From positions 1,249 through 65,248 of the forward strand of contig PAAR01000029.1 in assembly GCA_002699085.1 (NCBI GenBank): 64,000 nt of DNA, written 5' to 3'. The notes below the pieces were generated by a model. It was not told the origin of the DNA. It saw nothing but the letters and a program-made list of their open reading frames with translations, and made no database searches. Positions 36,760 to 46,156 of the stretch are shown here, piece by piece. Positions within the stretch are counted from its first letter, which is position 1. Each line of letters starts with the position of its first letter. This stretch comes from Micavibrio sp. (GTDB lineage: Bacteria > Pseudomonadota > Alphaproteobacteria > Micavibrionales > UBA9664). Both the position numbers and the translations under genes were made by a program.

Positions 36760-37782
36760 TTAAAAAAGACCAGTTTCGCCTAAACCACTATCATCTGTTA
36801 AAGGCACAGGTGCTGCATCATTAAGGGGTGTCGTTGCACGTGGTGCATTGGTTGGTGCTGTCATATTAGCACCTGGAAAACCCGAAAATTGCGCTTCTAA
36901 ATCACCTAAAGACGTCGGAATTTCACGTGGCACGGGTGCTTCATTTCTATTAAGAGGCGCAGGGTCAAGTCGGATGATTTCTCCTGCTTTCGTCACTTCC
37001 ATTCGGCCCGGTTGTACTTTTGTCACACGCGACCCATCAGGCAGCGTTTCATCAACCTTAACTGTACGACGAAAATCGCCATTTTCTTTACTGCCTAAGA
37101 CAGCCTCACAAATACCTGAAAGACAAAAAATTTCTATCCACTCGTAATTAGATGTTACTGCCACGGGTTTTTTCTTCAATGAAGATGACATATCACCTTT
37201 GGCCGCTTTTTCAATCACAGCATCAAGCGCACTTTGTGCTGTTTCATTCGAGTTCAGATTTGGCCGCAACGCATTTTGCAACGCCGCAACTTCATCGACA
37301 GCTGATGCTTTCTGAGCTTTTTGTTCATCTAATTCTTTTAAACGCTGTTCTAATACATCTTCTGTCCCAGGGTATACCTCTGGATAAGCATTAAAACACG
37401 GTACATTAGCCGGCACTTGCTCACATAAACCACGTGGTGGCTGCGGTGTCGTGTAATTTACACCAATACTGGTATAAGCCTTTTGAATCTCACTCACTTG
37501 TTTTTGCCAAGTAATGAGGTTCTCAATTAAAGCAATCTGATATTGCAATGTAATTTTGTCTGCTAAATATTTATTCTGAATCTTGTATTCAGTAAAATTC
37601 TCGGCGTTTAAAACATTGTCTCGATTAAGCTCAGCTTCAATAGGTGGTACTGAAATATCAGGTAATTTTGTTGTAAGACGTTTACTATTCTGAGCATAGG
37701 CATCAGCACTACATAATACCGCCATAACAGCAATAGAACATACTGAAAATTTAAACCATTTTTTATGCCAATGAATATTCAT
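36760..37782 (-). CDS. secreted coiled-coil protein, last gene of pilus operon (PilP-like C-terminal domain?)
   Basis: Signal peptide ...VLCSADAYAQ. The C-terminus VKVDETLPDGSRVTKVQPGRMEVTKAGEIIRL loosely parallels the C-terminus of the PilP-like ORF at 46157. Confidence 0.55.
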   Translation of the reverse strand: MNIHWHKKWFKFSVCSIAVMAVLCSADAYAQNSKRLTTKLPDISVPPIEAELNRDNVLNAENFTEYKIQNKYLADKITLQYQIALIENLITWQKQVSEIQKAYTSIGVNYTTPQPPRGLCEQVPANVPCFNAYPEVYPGTEDVLEQRLKELDEQKAQKASAVDEVAALQNALRPNLNSNETAQSALDAVIEKAAKGDMSSSLKKKPVAVTSNYEWIEIFCLSGICEAVLGSKENGDFRRTVKVDETLPDGSRVTKVQPGRMEVTKAGEIIRLDPAPLNRNEAPVPREIPTSLGDLEAQFSGFPGANMTAPTNAPRATTPLNDAAPVPLTDDSGLGETGLF

Positions 37783-37802
37783 GAAAATTATTATACGTGT
37801 AT

Positions 37803-39215
37803 TTACGGATTAATAAAACAGCCATCATCACAATTACCAAAATTATTGAAGGTCACATTGCCCTTATTCTCAATATCAATTGCTGACAGCGTATTGTTGA
37901 TAGTGGTCGTTTCACTTAATGTATCAATTGTCGCCAAACTACCTGCCCCATGATCAAATGATGCAGGGCCTGCGGTGGCTGGGTTATCTTGCACAACCAA
38001 TGTATCGCCACGAATCTCCCGTTGCAGGTTAAGTTGTAATGTATTTGGATTGGCGGCATTATTAATTAAGTTACTTACCGCCATACCGGCAACCGAATCC
38101 ACGTTTAAAGCACCGCCATTAAGGTTAACTGTGCCTGACACAAGATTCTCCGCATTAAATTCATTGGTTGTTACACGTTCAACTTGAAGCTCCTCGGTAG
38201 TCATAGACTGACCAATTTCCAGAGTATTTTGAACGGCCAATTCACTGCGTCCGACGCCATAAGCCGAACGAGTTGCAGGCGTTAAAATCGTATCGCCCAA
38301 TGCAAAGCCTTGCGCCCGCACCTGCCCATCTACCGCAAAATTACCATTAATGTCAGTCACGCCGCCAACATAAGCCGATCCTTGCACAATCATATCCTGC
38401 GTAACAGACAAATCTCCCGCAACATTAATATTATCGACCCCCACAAGATTATTACTCGCCATATTTAAATCAGAATTCATCACATGTAACTCAGGACGTG
38501 TGAATTGCGGTGTACGATACAAATAATCACCAAAAACATCTTCTTCATTAATGTATGAATAATGCGCAATATAGGCTTCATCTGTTGAAATACCTGTTGC
38601 TGTTGCGGCTGTGTGCCAGCTTGTACCTGCCATATCGGCAAAATTAACATGCCAAATGCCGAAAATCCCACGAATAGGGTCATTCGCAGCGACTAATACA
38701 TCATCATAATAAAGACCGCCTTGGCCACCCATTAACTCAGCCGTAGGCTTAGCACGGTCTGTTGAAATAGGGTCTTCAGAAAGAATTAAAATATCCAAGG
38801 CTCTAGTGGCGGCAGTATCTGCCACCAATACATATATCTCCAAATTAGTCTTTAAAGGACTATAGGCACTGGCATTTTGTGCAATAACAGAGCTTGGCTC
38901 AAGACCCAAGCCAACATCACCTGCCGTTAAAAAAGTAAATGGTATTTCATAAACACCCGCCGTGGTAAATCCAGGATTAACAGCGCGTAAATAAATAGCG
39001 TCGAACATTACTGGGTCTTTCAACATTTCCTCAGTCGCCGTTGCAATCTGCTCAATATGCTCTGCCGCGTTACCTGCAAGTTCATCTCTGGCTAAATTTT
39101 GTAAAGCAATAGATAGCCCAATCAACAATGTTGTCGCCACAATCAATGAGAGCAGCAATTCCAACAGCGTTAAACCAGACTCATGATGTATGTTGTTGTA
39201 TCCCTGTTTTAGCAT
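37803..39215 (-). CDS. giant pilin-headed protein 3 (PilV-like putative pilus tip adhesin)
   Basis: Prepilin N-terminus MLKQGYNNIHHESG/LTLLELLLSLIV (Glu5 present). Motif LYRTPQFTRPELHVMNSDLNMASNNL, an N/G/V/T-rich repetitive C-terminal half and a terminal Cys pair CDDGC. Confidence 0.7.
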   Translation of the reverse strand: MLKQGYNNIHHESGLTLLELLLSLIVATTLLIGLSIALQNLARDELAGNAAEHIEQIATATEEMLKDPVMFDAIYLRAVNPGFTTAGVYEIPFTFLTAGDVGLGLEPSSVIAQNASAYSPLKTNLEIYVLVADTAATRALDILILSEDPISTDRAKPTAELMGGQGGLYYDDVLVAANDPIRGIFGIWHVNFADMAGTSWHTAATATGISTDEAYIAHYSYINEEDVFGDYLYRTPQFTRPELHVMNSDLNMASNNLVGVDNINVAGDLSVTQDMIVQGSAYVGGVTDINGNFAVDGQVRAQGFALGDTILTPATRSAYGVGRSELAVQNTLEIGQSMTTEELQVERVTTNEFNAENLVSGTVNLNGGALNVDSVAGMAVSNLINNAANPNTLQLNLQREIRGDTLVVQDNPATAGPASFDHGAGSLATIDTLSETTTINNTLSAIDIENKGNVTFNNFGNCDDGCFINP

Positions 39216-40714
39216 GGATCACCACCTGATGTCTGACAGAATACTTTTGTACCGACACCCATCGATTTTGTTACATTCGTCGTCCCTAAAACGTTCATGT
39301 TGCCAGATACATCTAAAGCCCGAGTAACACGCAAATCACTAATGTTGGTATTTGTATCTTCAATAATAGCCTGTAAAACAACAGACCCTGCGGCATTAAC
39401 TGTTTCAAAGGTATTCGTAGCAGCCCCATTTCCAACCATCTGGAAGGCACCGGCATCAACATTAATCGGCTGAGAGCCTGATGCTGCGTTCATATTCATC
39501 GTAAAGGCTGTCACTTTACCAAATTGCGCAGGATCAGCACCCGGTGCCGCTTTACTCACGATAACATCTTGGAATTCTGCTGATGTAAAGGTAACGGCCG
39601 TATTACCTGACCCTTCAACAATAATATCTTCTGCAACAACCGCACCTGTATAAGCCGGTGCCACTGCCGATACATCAAGAAAATCGACATCATTTTGCAC
39701 AAGGATAGCGGGATTTGTAGCGTCCGAGAAATTGACAACCATATTACCGCCGACAATATCACACCCTGCACCAACAACGCCGCCACTGCCGTCAAATGCA
39801 CAACCAGACCCATCAGGACCAATAACAGCATGGTTAATTGATACAGCATTATTAAATTGCGCCATTTGTGAAATATTGAGTGCATTGGCAAAAGTACCCT
39901 CCGTGAAACCTTGTGCCAAAATTTCAGTATTGCCAGCCACCTCCAAACGATCGACAGTCATCGCTTTGGCACCTGTTAAACTATAATTATTCATATCAAG
40001 ATTAGCTTGCATAACATTCGCATCGACAGCTGTCGCTATAGGAATCTTATACAAAACATCACTATTCATAGATTCAGCCTGCGAAATCCTGCCATACGCC
40101 GCCAAATAACCGCCTTCATCCGCATCTGGAACAGAAGTACCCGCCGCGACAAATGGCGCTCTATTGATGCTCCATTGACCAGAAAGACTTGTAATATCGT
40201 TGGGCGTGATAATGCCGCTTGAATAACCCAGTTTAGCACCACCGTAACTCGCAATTTTACGCAAACGTGCATCTGGTATATATGCCGTTCCAGCTGCTGG
40301 ATCTTCACTAATAGTCAAAACTTCAATCGTTAAACCATTTGTAAAATTAGTCCCTAAATTACGAATATAAACAGTAATATCTTGCTGAAACCTATTCGTT
40401 TCTTTAAAGCCTGCCGCTAAAAAATTATCTGTCTTCAATGTTGCTAATGGCACTTCGCCAATATCATTGGTATTAGGAATATTAACAGTCACAATATCCG
40501 AGAAATTAGCGGCAACATAATTTTCTGCAGCTTGCTGTACATCAAGCATTTGAGCTGCAATACGCTGGTTCGAGACACGTACAGCACTATCTTTCAGAAT
40601 AGCCGTTGCTGCTATGCCAACTAATGCCAGAACGCCTACAACGAGCAGAAGCTCTATCAAAGTAAAGCCCTTCTCTCTTTTTAATCGACCTAAATTGCAC
40701 ATTCTCTTATCCAT
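39209..40714 (-). CDS. giant pilin-headed protein 2 (PilV-like putative pilus tip adhesin)
   Basis: Prepilin N-terminus ...RLKREKG/FTLIELLLVVGVLALVG. Motif LYKIPIATAVDANVMQANLDMNNYSL and a terminal Cys pair CQTSGGDPC. TAATG overlap with the upstream ORF. Confidence 0.7.
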   Translation of the reverse strand: MDKRMCNLGRLKREKGFTLIELLLVVGVLALVGIAATAILKDSAVRVSNQRIAAQMLDVQQAAENYVAANFSDIVTVNIPNTNDIGEVPLATLKTDNFLAAGFKETNRFQQDITVYIRNLGTNFTNGLTIEVLTISEDPAAGTAYIPDARLRKIASYGGAKLGYSSGIITPNDITSLSGQWSINRAPFVAAGTSVPDADEGGYLAAYGRISQAESMNSDVLYKIPIATAVDANVMQANLDMNNYSLTGAKAMTVDRLEVAGNTEILAQGFTEGTFANALNISQMAQFNNAVSINHAVIGPDGSGCAFDGSGGVVGAGCDIVGGNMVVNFSDATNPAILVQNDVDFLDVSAVAPAYTGAVVAEDIIVEGSGNTAVTFTSAEFQDVIVSKAAPGADPAQFGKVTAFTMNMNAASGSQPINVDAGAFQMVGNGAATNTFETVNAAGSVVLQAIIEDTNTNISDLRVTRALDVSGNMNVLGTTNVTKSMGVGTKVFCQTSGGDPC

Positions 40715-42747
40715 TAAAACGGTGTCCCCGGGTCAATATCTTCAATTTCAGGACAATCACCTGAACAAACTGCCTCAGGATCGCTACCACTAGCACGCTG
40801 TATATTTGTCAAACCTGAAAAGACAGTATCACCAAACACCTGAACACCCTCGTCCGATACAACATTATCTGCTGTTAATGTTTGGCCATTAGCGACCGTT
40901 AAACGACCCATGATTGTTTCATAGCTATCTGGGCCGATTGTTGCCGCCCCATACAAACCACTACCCTGATCGCCCAATACAAAATTTTCAACATTCAAGC
41001 CGTTGGAAAAATTTGCTGACTGAGCGTTAATATTATTACCGTTCACACGGAAGTCACGTACTGTTAAGCCAATATTATCGCTCGTTGATAAGAGTGAGGG
41101 GTCTATATTCATCCCTTCTGGTAATAAAATACTGTTTAATCTGACTACCGTTTGACCCGATGCCTTGGCCGCATCAGCAGAAAGAACCTGCCCATCAACT
41201 GTCGTTCCTTCAGCAATACCAATATTTATTGTGGCATTCGGTGCTTGTAATTCAGGCGTAATAATATTGGCTTGTGAGGCTAATAAATTACCCGATATAC
41301 GCATATAAGATGTACCGCCAGAGCCTGTACTAACACTACCTTGTACATTCACATTCTGGTTAAAATAAGCTTGCTGAATCGGCTGAATATAATTGAAATC
41401 AGGATCATTAAATATTTTAACGTTACTATCAACATTGAGTGAACCACCAAGCGCCACGACATCATCAATATCTCTGTTGCCCGCAATAGCATCAATATTA
41501 ACAGAATCCTCAATACCATTATACGTTTCACCTGCAACAACCACACCTGTAGGCGAACCATCCAAGGTTACACTAACATCCCTTGAGGTAGCGCCATCAA
41601 TAGCTCTATCACGTTGATCTGCCGCTATAATACGCTGAAGCGTTAAATTAGATATATTCATGATATTGCGACGATTATCTGCAAATGTTAATGGGTTATC
41701 TCGTATCGTTGGACACAATCTTGAATCAACCTTTTGAATCCCCCCCGCACCATCATCTTCATTGAAAGCAATTGTGTTTTCGCCACCACCATCACCATAA
41801 TAATTTGGATCACCTACATCCTCTATTGCCACATTTGCTTTACAATTCGCATCCACAACATCACCCATATATAAATCTGTAAGCATTGTCGCATAGGTAG
41901 TATTTTCTGGTTGTGGGAAACGCATAACAGCACGCTCATCAAAACGTACAGACTTCCATGCAGGGATAAGCATTTCACCTGGTTGGAATGCTGCGCCTGT
42001 TAAATTATTAAAATCAGCATCGCTTGTACACCCTGTATCCCATGCTGAGACAGCCGGTGTGCCATTACAATTATCAGAAATATTCACCCCTGCACCGTTA
42101 AATAATGGCGCCGAAACAGGTACTTCTAAATTCTGCAAAACGCGTGATAAACGTATGGCATCACCTGCACTTACAGCTGGCGACCCGCCTAATGTTACAT
42201 AGGCTGTTGCAACAGTTGTTGCTAAATTTGAGTCCCCATCAATAGGTGAGTTTGCTGCATACACAGTAATAGGCTGACGTAGAATCGTGCTTTCAGTTAA
42301 ATCGACCGCATTCGCATCCTGATTAACAAAACTAATCGGTAAATAACCTGCCGCAACTAATTGCGCCACAGTAATTTGTTGAGGTGCGCCCGCTGCATTA
42401 ATATCTAACGCTTGCTTATTGAACTGAGCATCTAATATACCATCCCCATTTTGATCGATCGCATTGGCGATCATATAAGCTAAATCTCTTGGCGTATCTG
42501 GAATATTATCCGCATTTGTATCTTCTACAAATTGTGACAAAGAATTATTACGTACCATAAGTCTTGCAGCCTGTGCGATCTGCTTTATCTGCCATGCCAC
42601 AGCCCGTAAGGTACGTTGATCCCTAGCATCCTTATTTGCGGTTGCAATAAAAGCAATAATAAAGGCAAAAGCGATCGTAATCACAAGCATCACAGCCAGT
42701 GAAAAACCTGATTCTTTCTTTCTGCATTGCTTAATCTGATTTAGCAC
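40714..42747 (-). CDS. giant pilin-headed protein 1 (PilV-like; lacks Glu5)
   Basis: N-terminus ...CRKKESG/FSLAVMLVITIAF, where position 5 is Val rather than Glu. Motif VMRFPQPENTTYATMLTDLYMG and a terminal Cys pair CSGDC. 677 aa. Confidence 0.65.
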   Translation of the reverse strand: MLNQIKQCRKKESGFSLAVMLVITIAFAFIIAFIATANKDARDQRTLRAVAWQIKQIAQAARLMVRNNSLSQFVEDTNADNIPDTPRDLAYMIANAIDQNGDGILDAQFNKQALDINAAGAPQQITVAQLVAAGYLPISFVNQDANAVDLTESTILRQPITVYAANSPIDGDSNLATTVATAYVTLGGSPAVSAGDAIRLSRVLQNLEVPVSAPLFNGAGVNISDNCNGTPAVSAWDTGCTSDADFNNLTGAAFQPGEMLIPAWKSVRFDERAVMRFPQPENTTYATMLTDLYMGDVVDANCKANVAIEDVGDPNYYGDGGGENTIAFNEDDGAGGIQKVDSRLCPTIRDNPLTFADNRRNIMNISNLTLQRIIAADQRDRAIDGATSRDVSVTLDGSPTGVVVAGETYNGIEDSVNIDAIAGNRDIDDVVALGGSLNVDSNVKIFNDPDFNYIQPIQQAYFNQNVNVQGSVSTGSGGTSYMRISGNLLASQANIITPELQAPNATINIGIAEGTTVDGQVLSADAAKASGQTVVRLNSILLPEGMNIDPSLLSTSDNIGLTVRDFRVNGNNINAQSANFSNGLNVENFVLGDQGSGLYGAATIGPDSYETIMGRLTVANGQTLTADNVVSDEGVQVFGDTVFSGLTNIQRASGSDPEAVCSGDCPEIEDIDPGTPF

Positions 42748-42804
42748 AATATTTAGCCCTTTTCCCTATATCTATAGTACACCATAAAAGGGTTAAAATT
42801 TAGT

Positions 42805-42840
42805 GTAAAAAACCCTTGAAAATAAGGATTCTCAAGGGTT
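42805..42840 (-). terminator. putative intrinsic terminator/attenuator after major pilin gene
   Basis: On the minus strand: CCCTTGA-(12 nt loop)-TCAAGGG followed by TTTTTT. It lies in the 124-nt gap between pilS and the first PilV-like gene. Confidence 0.5.
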
Positions 42841-42871
42841 TATGACAATTTTTTAATAAAGGGACGTTAAA

Positions 42872-43411
42872 TTAGATAAATGTCCAAGCAATTGTGTTTG
42901 TTGCACCTGCTTCACAGCTTCCCTGCACATCAGAAACAGTTGGGTCTGTGTACGTATCGCCCTGAATCGTTACATCAATAAAGTCCGAATCAGAAGACGG
43001 TGTAAAGGCTGTACCTAACTGAACACATGCCTCTTGAGGTAAATTAACTAAAGATATCACAAAAGTTGCCGCATCTGCTGCACCCACTTCGACAGATATA
43101 TCATTACCCCATGGGTCACGTACTTGACCTGTAGCCGCATCAATAACATTCCGAGCAGGAAAGACACCTGCCTGTGCTGCGATAATACTTAAATCAGCCC
43201 CTGTTGAGCCATATGTTGATTGATTCTGGTAAAGCGTTTGAATACCAATTTTTGATGAATTCAACAATCTGACAGCAGAACTAACATTATTACCTTGTGT
43301 CACAATTCTGTACGTCGCAAGACCTGCCAAAAGCAACAAAGCACCTACGCCAATAACAAGTAAAAGCTCTAGCAAAGAGAAACCCTTTTCTTGTGATGGG
43401 TGATATTTCAT
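42872..43411 (-). CDS. pilS: type IV (IVb-like) major prepilin
   Basis: 179 aa. Leader MKYHPSQEKG then FSLLELLLVIGVGALLLLAGLA (class III signal, Glu5). Two Cys residues in the C-terminal region could form a D-region disulfide. Confidence 0.85.
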   Translation of the reverse strand: MKYHPSQEKGFSLLELLLVIGVGALLLLAGLATYRIVTQGNNVSSAVRLLNSSKIGIQTLYQNQSTYGSTGADLSIIAAQAGVFPARNVIDAATGQVRDPWGNDISVEVGAADAATFVISLVNLPQEACVQLGTAFTPSSDSDFIDVTIQGDTYTDPTVSDVQGSCEAGATNTIAWTFI

Positions 43412-43458
43412 AATTTAACTCCTAAATTTTAATCTTATGTATCAATAATATAACGTAA

Positions 43459-44532
43459 TTATGCAGATGTGGAAGCATTAATTTGCTGGAAAACACCAAA
43501 AAAGGCCATAATTAACATACCAATTGTAATAGCGATCATGAATAGAACAACCGTATTAACAACCTTCATCGAGACATTTACTTCCTCAATAAGATCATCT
43601 ACCCAATTAAACGTAATTTTCGAAATATTATGCTCAAAACCACGTAATTGAGCATAAATTTGCATATCTGCAATTAACCCCTCATCTGGAAATTTATATC
43701 CTGCCTTTTGTAAAGCATCTCCGAAATTAGCCCCCGAAGACATCCACTTTTTCACTGCCTTTATCCGAACAGCCAAATAAGGGTCAGCACTTCTTGCAAG
43801 ACGAGTCAAAGACATTTCATCTAATTTAACACCCGCATTCATCAATGATGAAACAGACAATAAAAAGGCCGATCCCTGCCACATACGATAAAAATTGAAC
43901 GGCACTATATTCTCAAATGGCAAGCGGGACATACCTGACCATCTGGGTAAAGCATAACTAATACCAATAATCGCTAGAATAGCCGTTAATAAAATAAAGA
44001 AACCAAACTCACGAATAAATGAAGAGACATTAGCCATTAACTTCGAAACACCCGTCCATTCTTCAACAGGGATAATCTCGGCGAAAGTAGGAATAACCTG
44101 ATAAGAAGATAGCACTAATGCGCCAATCAACATCATCACCAGCACAGCAGGATAAGCACTCGCCGTAACAATAGCCTTTTTCACCTTACCTTGTTGTTCA
44201 ACAGCCGTTTCTGCATTCTTCAGCGCCATAATTAAATGGCCAGAATCTGCGCCTGTTTCAATCAAAATCGCTTCAGAGCTTGGAATATATGGCCCCATAC
44301 ATTTCCCAAAATTCACACCATTGGCAACAGAGCGTCGCCACCGTGCATAGAGCTGCCCTAATACCGATCCACGACTTTTAGCAGCAACTTTTTGTAGCTG
44401 AGATAGCGCCATATCCAACGCCACACCATTATCCAATAACTGTGATAATTTGGAATAGAAGCGCAAACGCTCTTTAGCATTAAACTCAAATTTAACTGAG
44501 GTATCAAAAAACCATTTTTCCAAACCACTCAT
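43459..44532 (-). CDS. pilR: type IV pilus platform protein (GspF/PilC family; R64 PilR-like)
   Basis: 357-aa polytopic protein with the duplicated GspF-type architecture. It lies directly downstream of the GspE-family ATPase. Confidence 0.8.
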   Translation of the reverse strand: MSGLEKWFFDTSVKFEFNAKERLRFYSKLSQLLDNGVALDMALSQLQKVAAKSRGSVLGQLYARWRRSVANGVNFGKCMGPYIPSSEAILIETGADSGHLIMALKNAETAVEQQGKVKKAIVTASAYPAVLVMMLIGALVLSSYQVIPTFAEIIPVEEWTGVSKLMANVSSFIREFGFFILLTAILAIIGISYALPRWSGMSRLPFENIVPFNFYRMWQGSAFLLSVSSLMNAGVKLDEMSLTRLARSADPYLAVRIKAVKKWMSSGANFGDALQKAGYKFPDEGLIADMQIYAQLRGFEHNISKITFNWVDDLIEEVNVSMKVVNTVVLFMIAITIGMLIMAFFGVFQQINASTSA

Positions 44533-44535
44533 ATA

Positions 44536-46110
44536 CTACCCTCGATCAGGTACGGCAAAAGGTCCAACAATACGCTCGGCATCAACAGGATCTACTTGAC
44601 CTGCCATCACACGATCCACCATTTGTTCGTTCATCGTACGGCCATTTAAGTGAGTCAACCAATACCGTTCTGCAGAACGTTTGTCGTCCTTTTTCACAAA
44701 ATTCATAAAATCATCATCTGGCAAAATAATCTCACCAACCAAGCTTCTTCCTACATAGCCAGCCCCACGACCACAGGATTCACAGCCATGTGGATTACGA
44801 CGACGCAAACGCTCAATCGGTATTTGCACTGATTCCAAACGAGACATCAGATTAAGATTAAGCTCATTCTCTTTGATAGGCGTTGAACAAGATGGGCACA
44901 GAACTCTGACAAGACGCTGGGAGATAAGGCCTGTCATCAAACTCGGATCACCGAGTTTGTAACTTTCAACCTTCAAGTCACGCAAACGAAACGGTATCGT
45001 AATCGCATCATTCGAGTGAAGTGTCGTCCATACTTGGTGACCTGTCATCGCCGCTTCAAAGGCAAGCTGAGCTGAGGCGGGGTCACGAATCTCACCGATC
45101 ATCAAACGATCAGGGTTCGACCGCAGTGATGCGGCGATCGCTTTGGTAAAAGCCGCCGAACGCTGTTCTGCCGTTGAAGCATTAACAACAGGCATCTGCA
45201 CCGCCCCTGGAATAGGATATTCAGGTGGATCCTCAACCGTATAAATTGCGATATTATAACTATGCTCTTGTAAAATAGAGATAATATTACGCTGCAACGT
45301 TGTTGATTTACCATGACCTGTCGGCCCTGCTACAATGTTAATACCAAAGGGCTTAGAGCGTAAATACTCAAAATCTTCTAAATGCTCTGGCGTAAAACCA
45401 AGTGCGCCCACATCACCCGCTGTCTTATCATCCGTGCTGTAAAGCAAACGCATAATCATCGCCCGACCGTTATATACTGTCGGGTTGAACTGAAGACGCA
45501 TAGAGATCACACCTTCAGGCAGTTGTAAATCTTTACGATTAGAAATACGTGCGCCCTGATATTCATAGGGCTGATAGTTCACATCCGAGGCATCAGCCAT
45601 CGCAAAAGCTGCCGCACAGAAACTATGGCCATATTCAGGTGGCCACTCAGCAATCTGCGTCATCGACCCGTCAATACGTGCTCTGACCAAACAAGAAGAT
45701 TCATAAACCACAACGTGTACGTCTGATACACGACGTTTAGCCATATCCCCTATAAGAGATAGCACCTCACGACGCATTCTCGCCTCATCTTGACGGCCTC
45801 TCGTATCCATAATCCCTGACGCATCCGTGTAACAAAGCTGTACACGGGTAATATCAACGACTTCCATATCAGGCTCGCCAAATCCACCCATGCGAATCTC
45901 AGCCAAAAGACTCAAGACTTTAGGATTATTGACATGCGATTTAGAAACAAAGAACTTACCATCCGTAAAGTAAGCAGCAATTTGACGTAGCTCCTCACCA
46001 CGATCAAAAGGGCCACCCTGCACCGTTAAAGGTAAACGATCATCCCACTCTTTAAGCTTACCGCTTGTGGCTCTATCTTTCGCTTTTCCTGTTGCTGTTA
46101 ATTCAACCAT
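44536..46110 (-). CDS. pilQ: type IV pilus assembly ATPase (GspE/PilB family; R64 PilQ-like)
   Basis: Walker A GPTGHGKST, Asp/His boxes (MIGEIRD, TGHQVWTTLHSN) and the tetracysteine motif CPSC...CESCG. Confidence 0.9.
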   Translation of the reverse strand: MVELTATGKAKDRATSGKLKEWDDRLPLTVQGGPFDRGEELRQIAAYFTDGKFFVSKSHVNNPKVLSLLAEIRMGGFGEPDMEVVDITRVQLCYTDASGIMDTRGRQDEARMRREVLSLIGDMAKRRVSDVHVVVYESSCLVRARIDGSMTQIAEWPPEYGHSFCAAAFAMADASDVNYQPYEYQGARISNRKDLQLPEGVISMRLQFNPTVYNGRAMIMRLLYSTDDKTAGDVGALGFTPEHLEDFEYLRSKPFGINIVAGPTGHGKSTTLQRNIISILQEHSYNIAIYTVEDPPEYPIPGAVQMPVVNASTAEQRSAAFTKAIAASLRSNPDRLMIGEIRDPASAQLAFEAAMTGHQVWTTLHSNDAITIPFRLRDLKVESYKLGDPSLMTGLISQRLVRVLCPSCSTPIKENELNLNLMSRLESVQIPIERLRRRNPHGCESCGRGAGYVGRSLVGEIILPDDDFMNFVKKDDKRSAERYWLTHLNGRTMNEQMVDRVMAGQVDPVDAERIVGPFAVPDRG

Positions 46111-46156
46111 TTATCTATTGTACCTTATTTAACTCAATGATAGCTACGTCGATTTA

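Noticed and set aside
37803-42747. A DNA shufflon (invertible segments) generating the PilV-like diversity.
   Set aside because: Each of the three genes is a complete ORF with its own prepilin head, all on the same strand. I saw no oppositely oriented C-terminal cassettes and no rci-type recombinase in the window. Short sfx-like repeats were not systematically searchable by eye.
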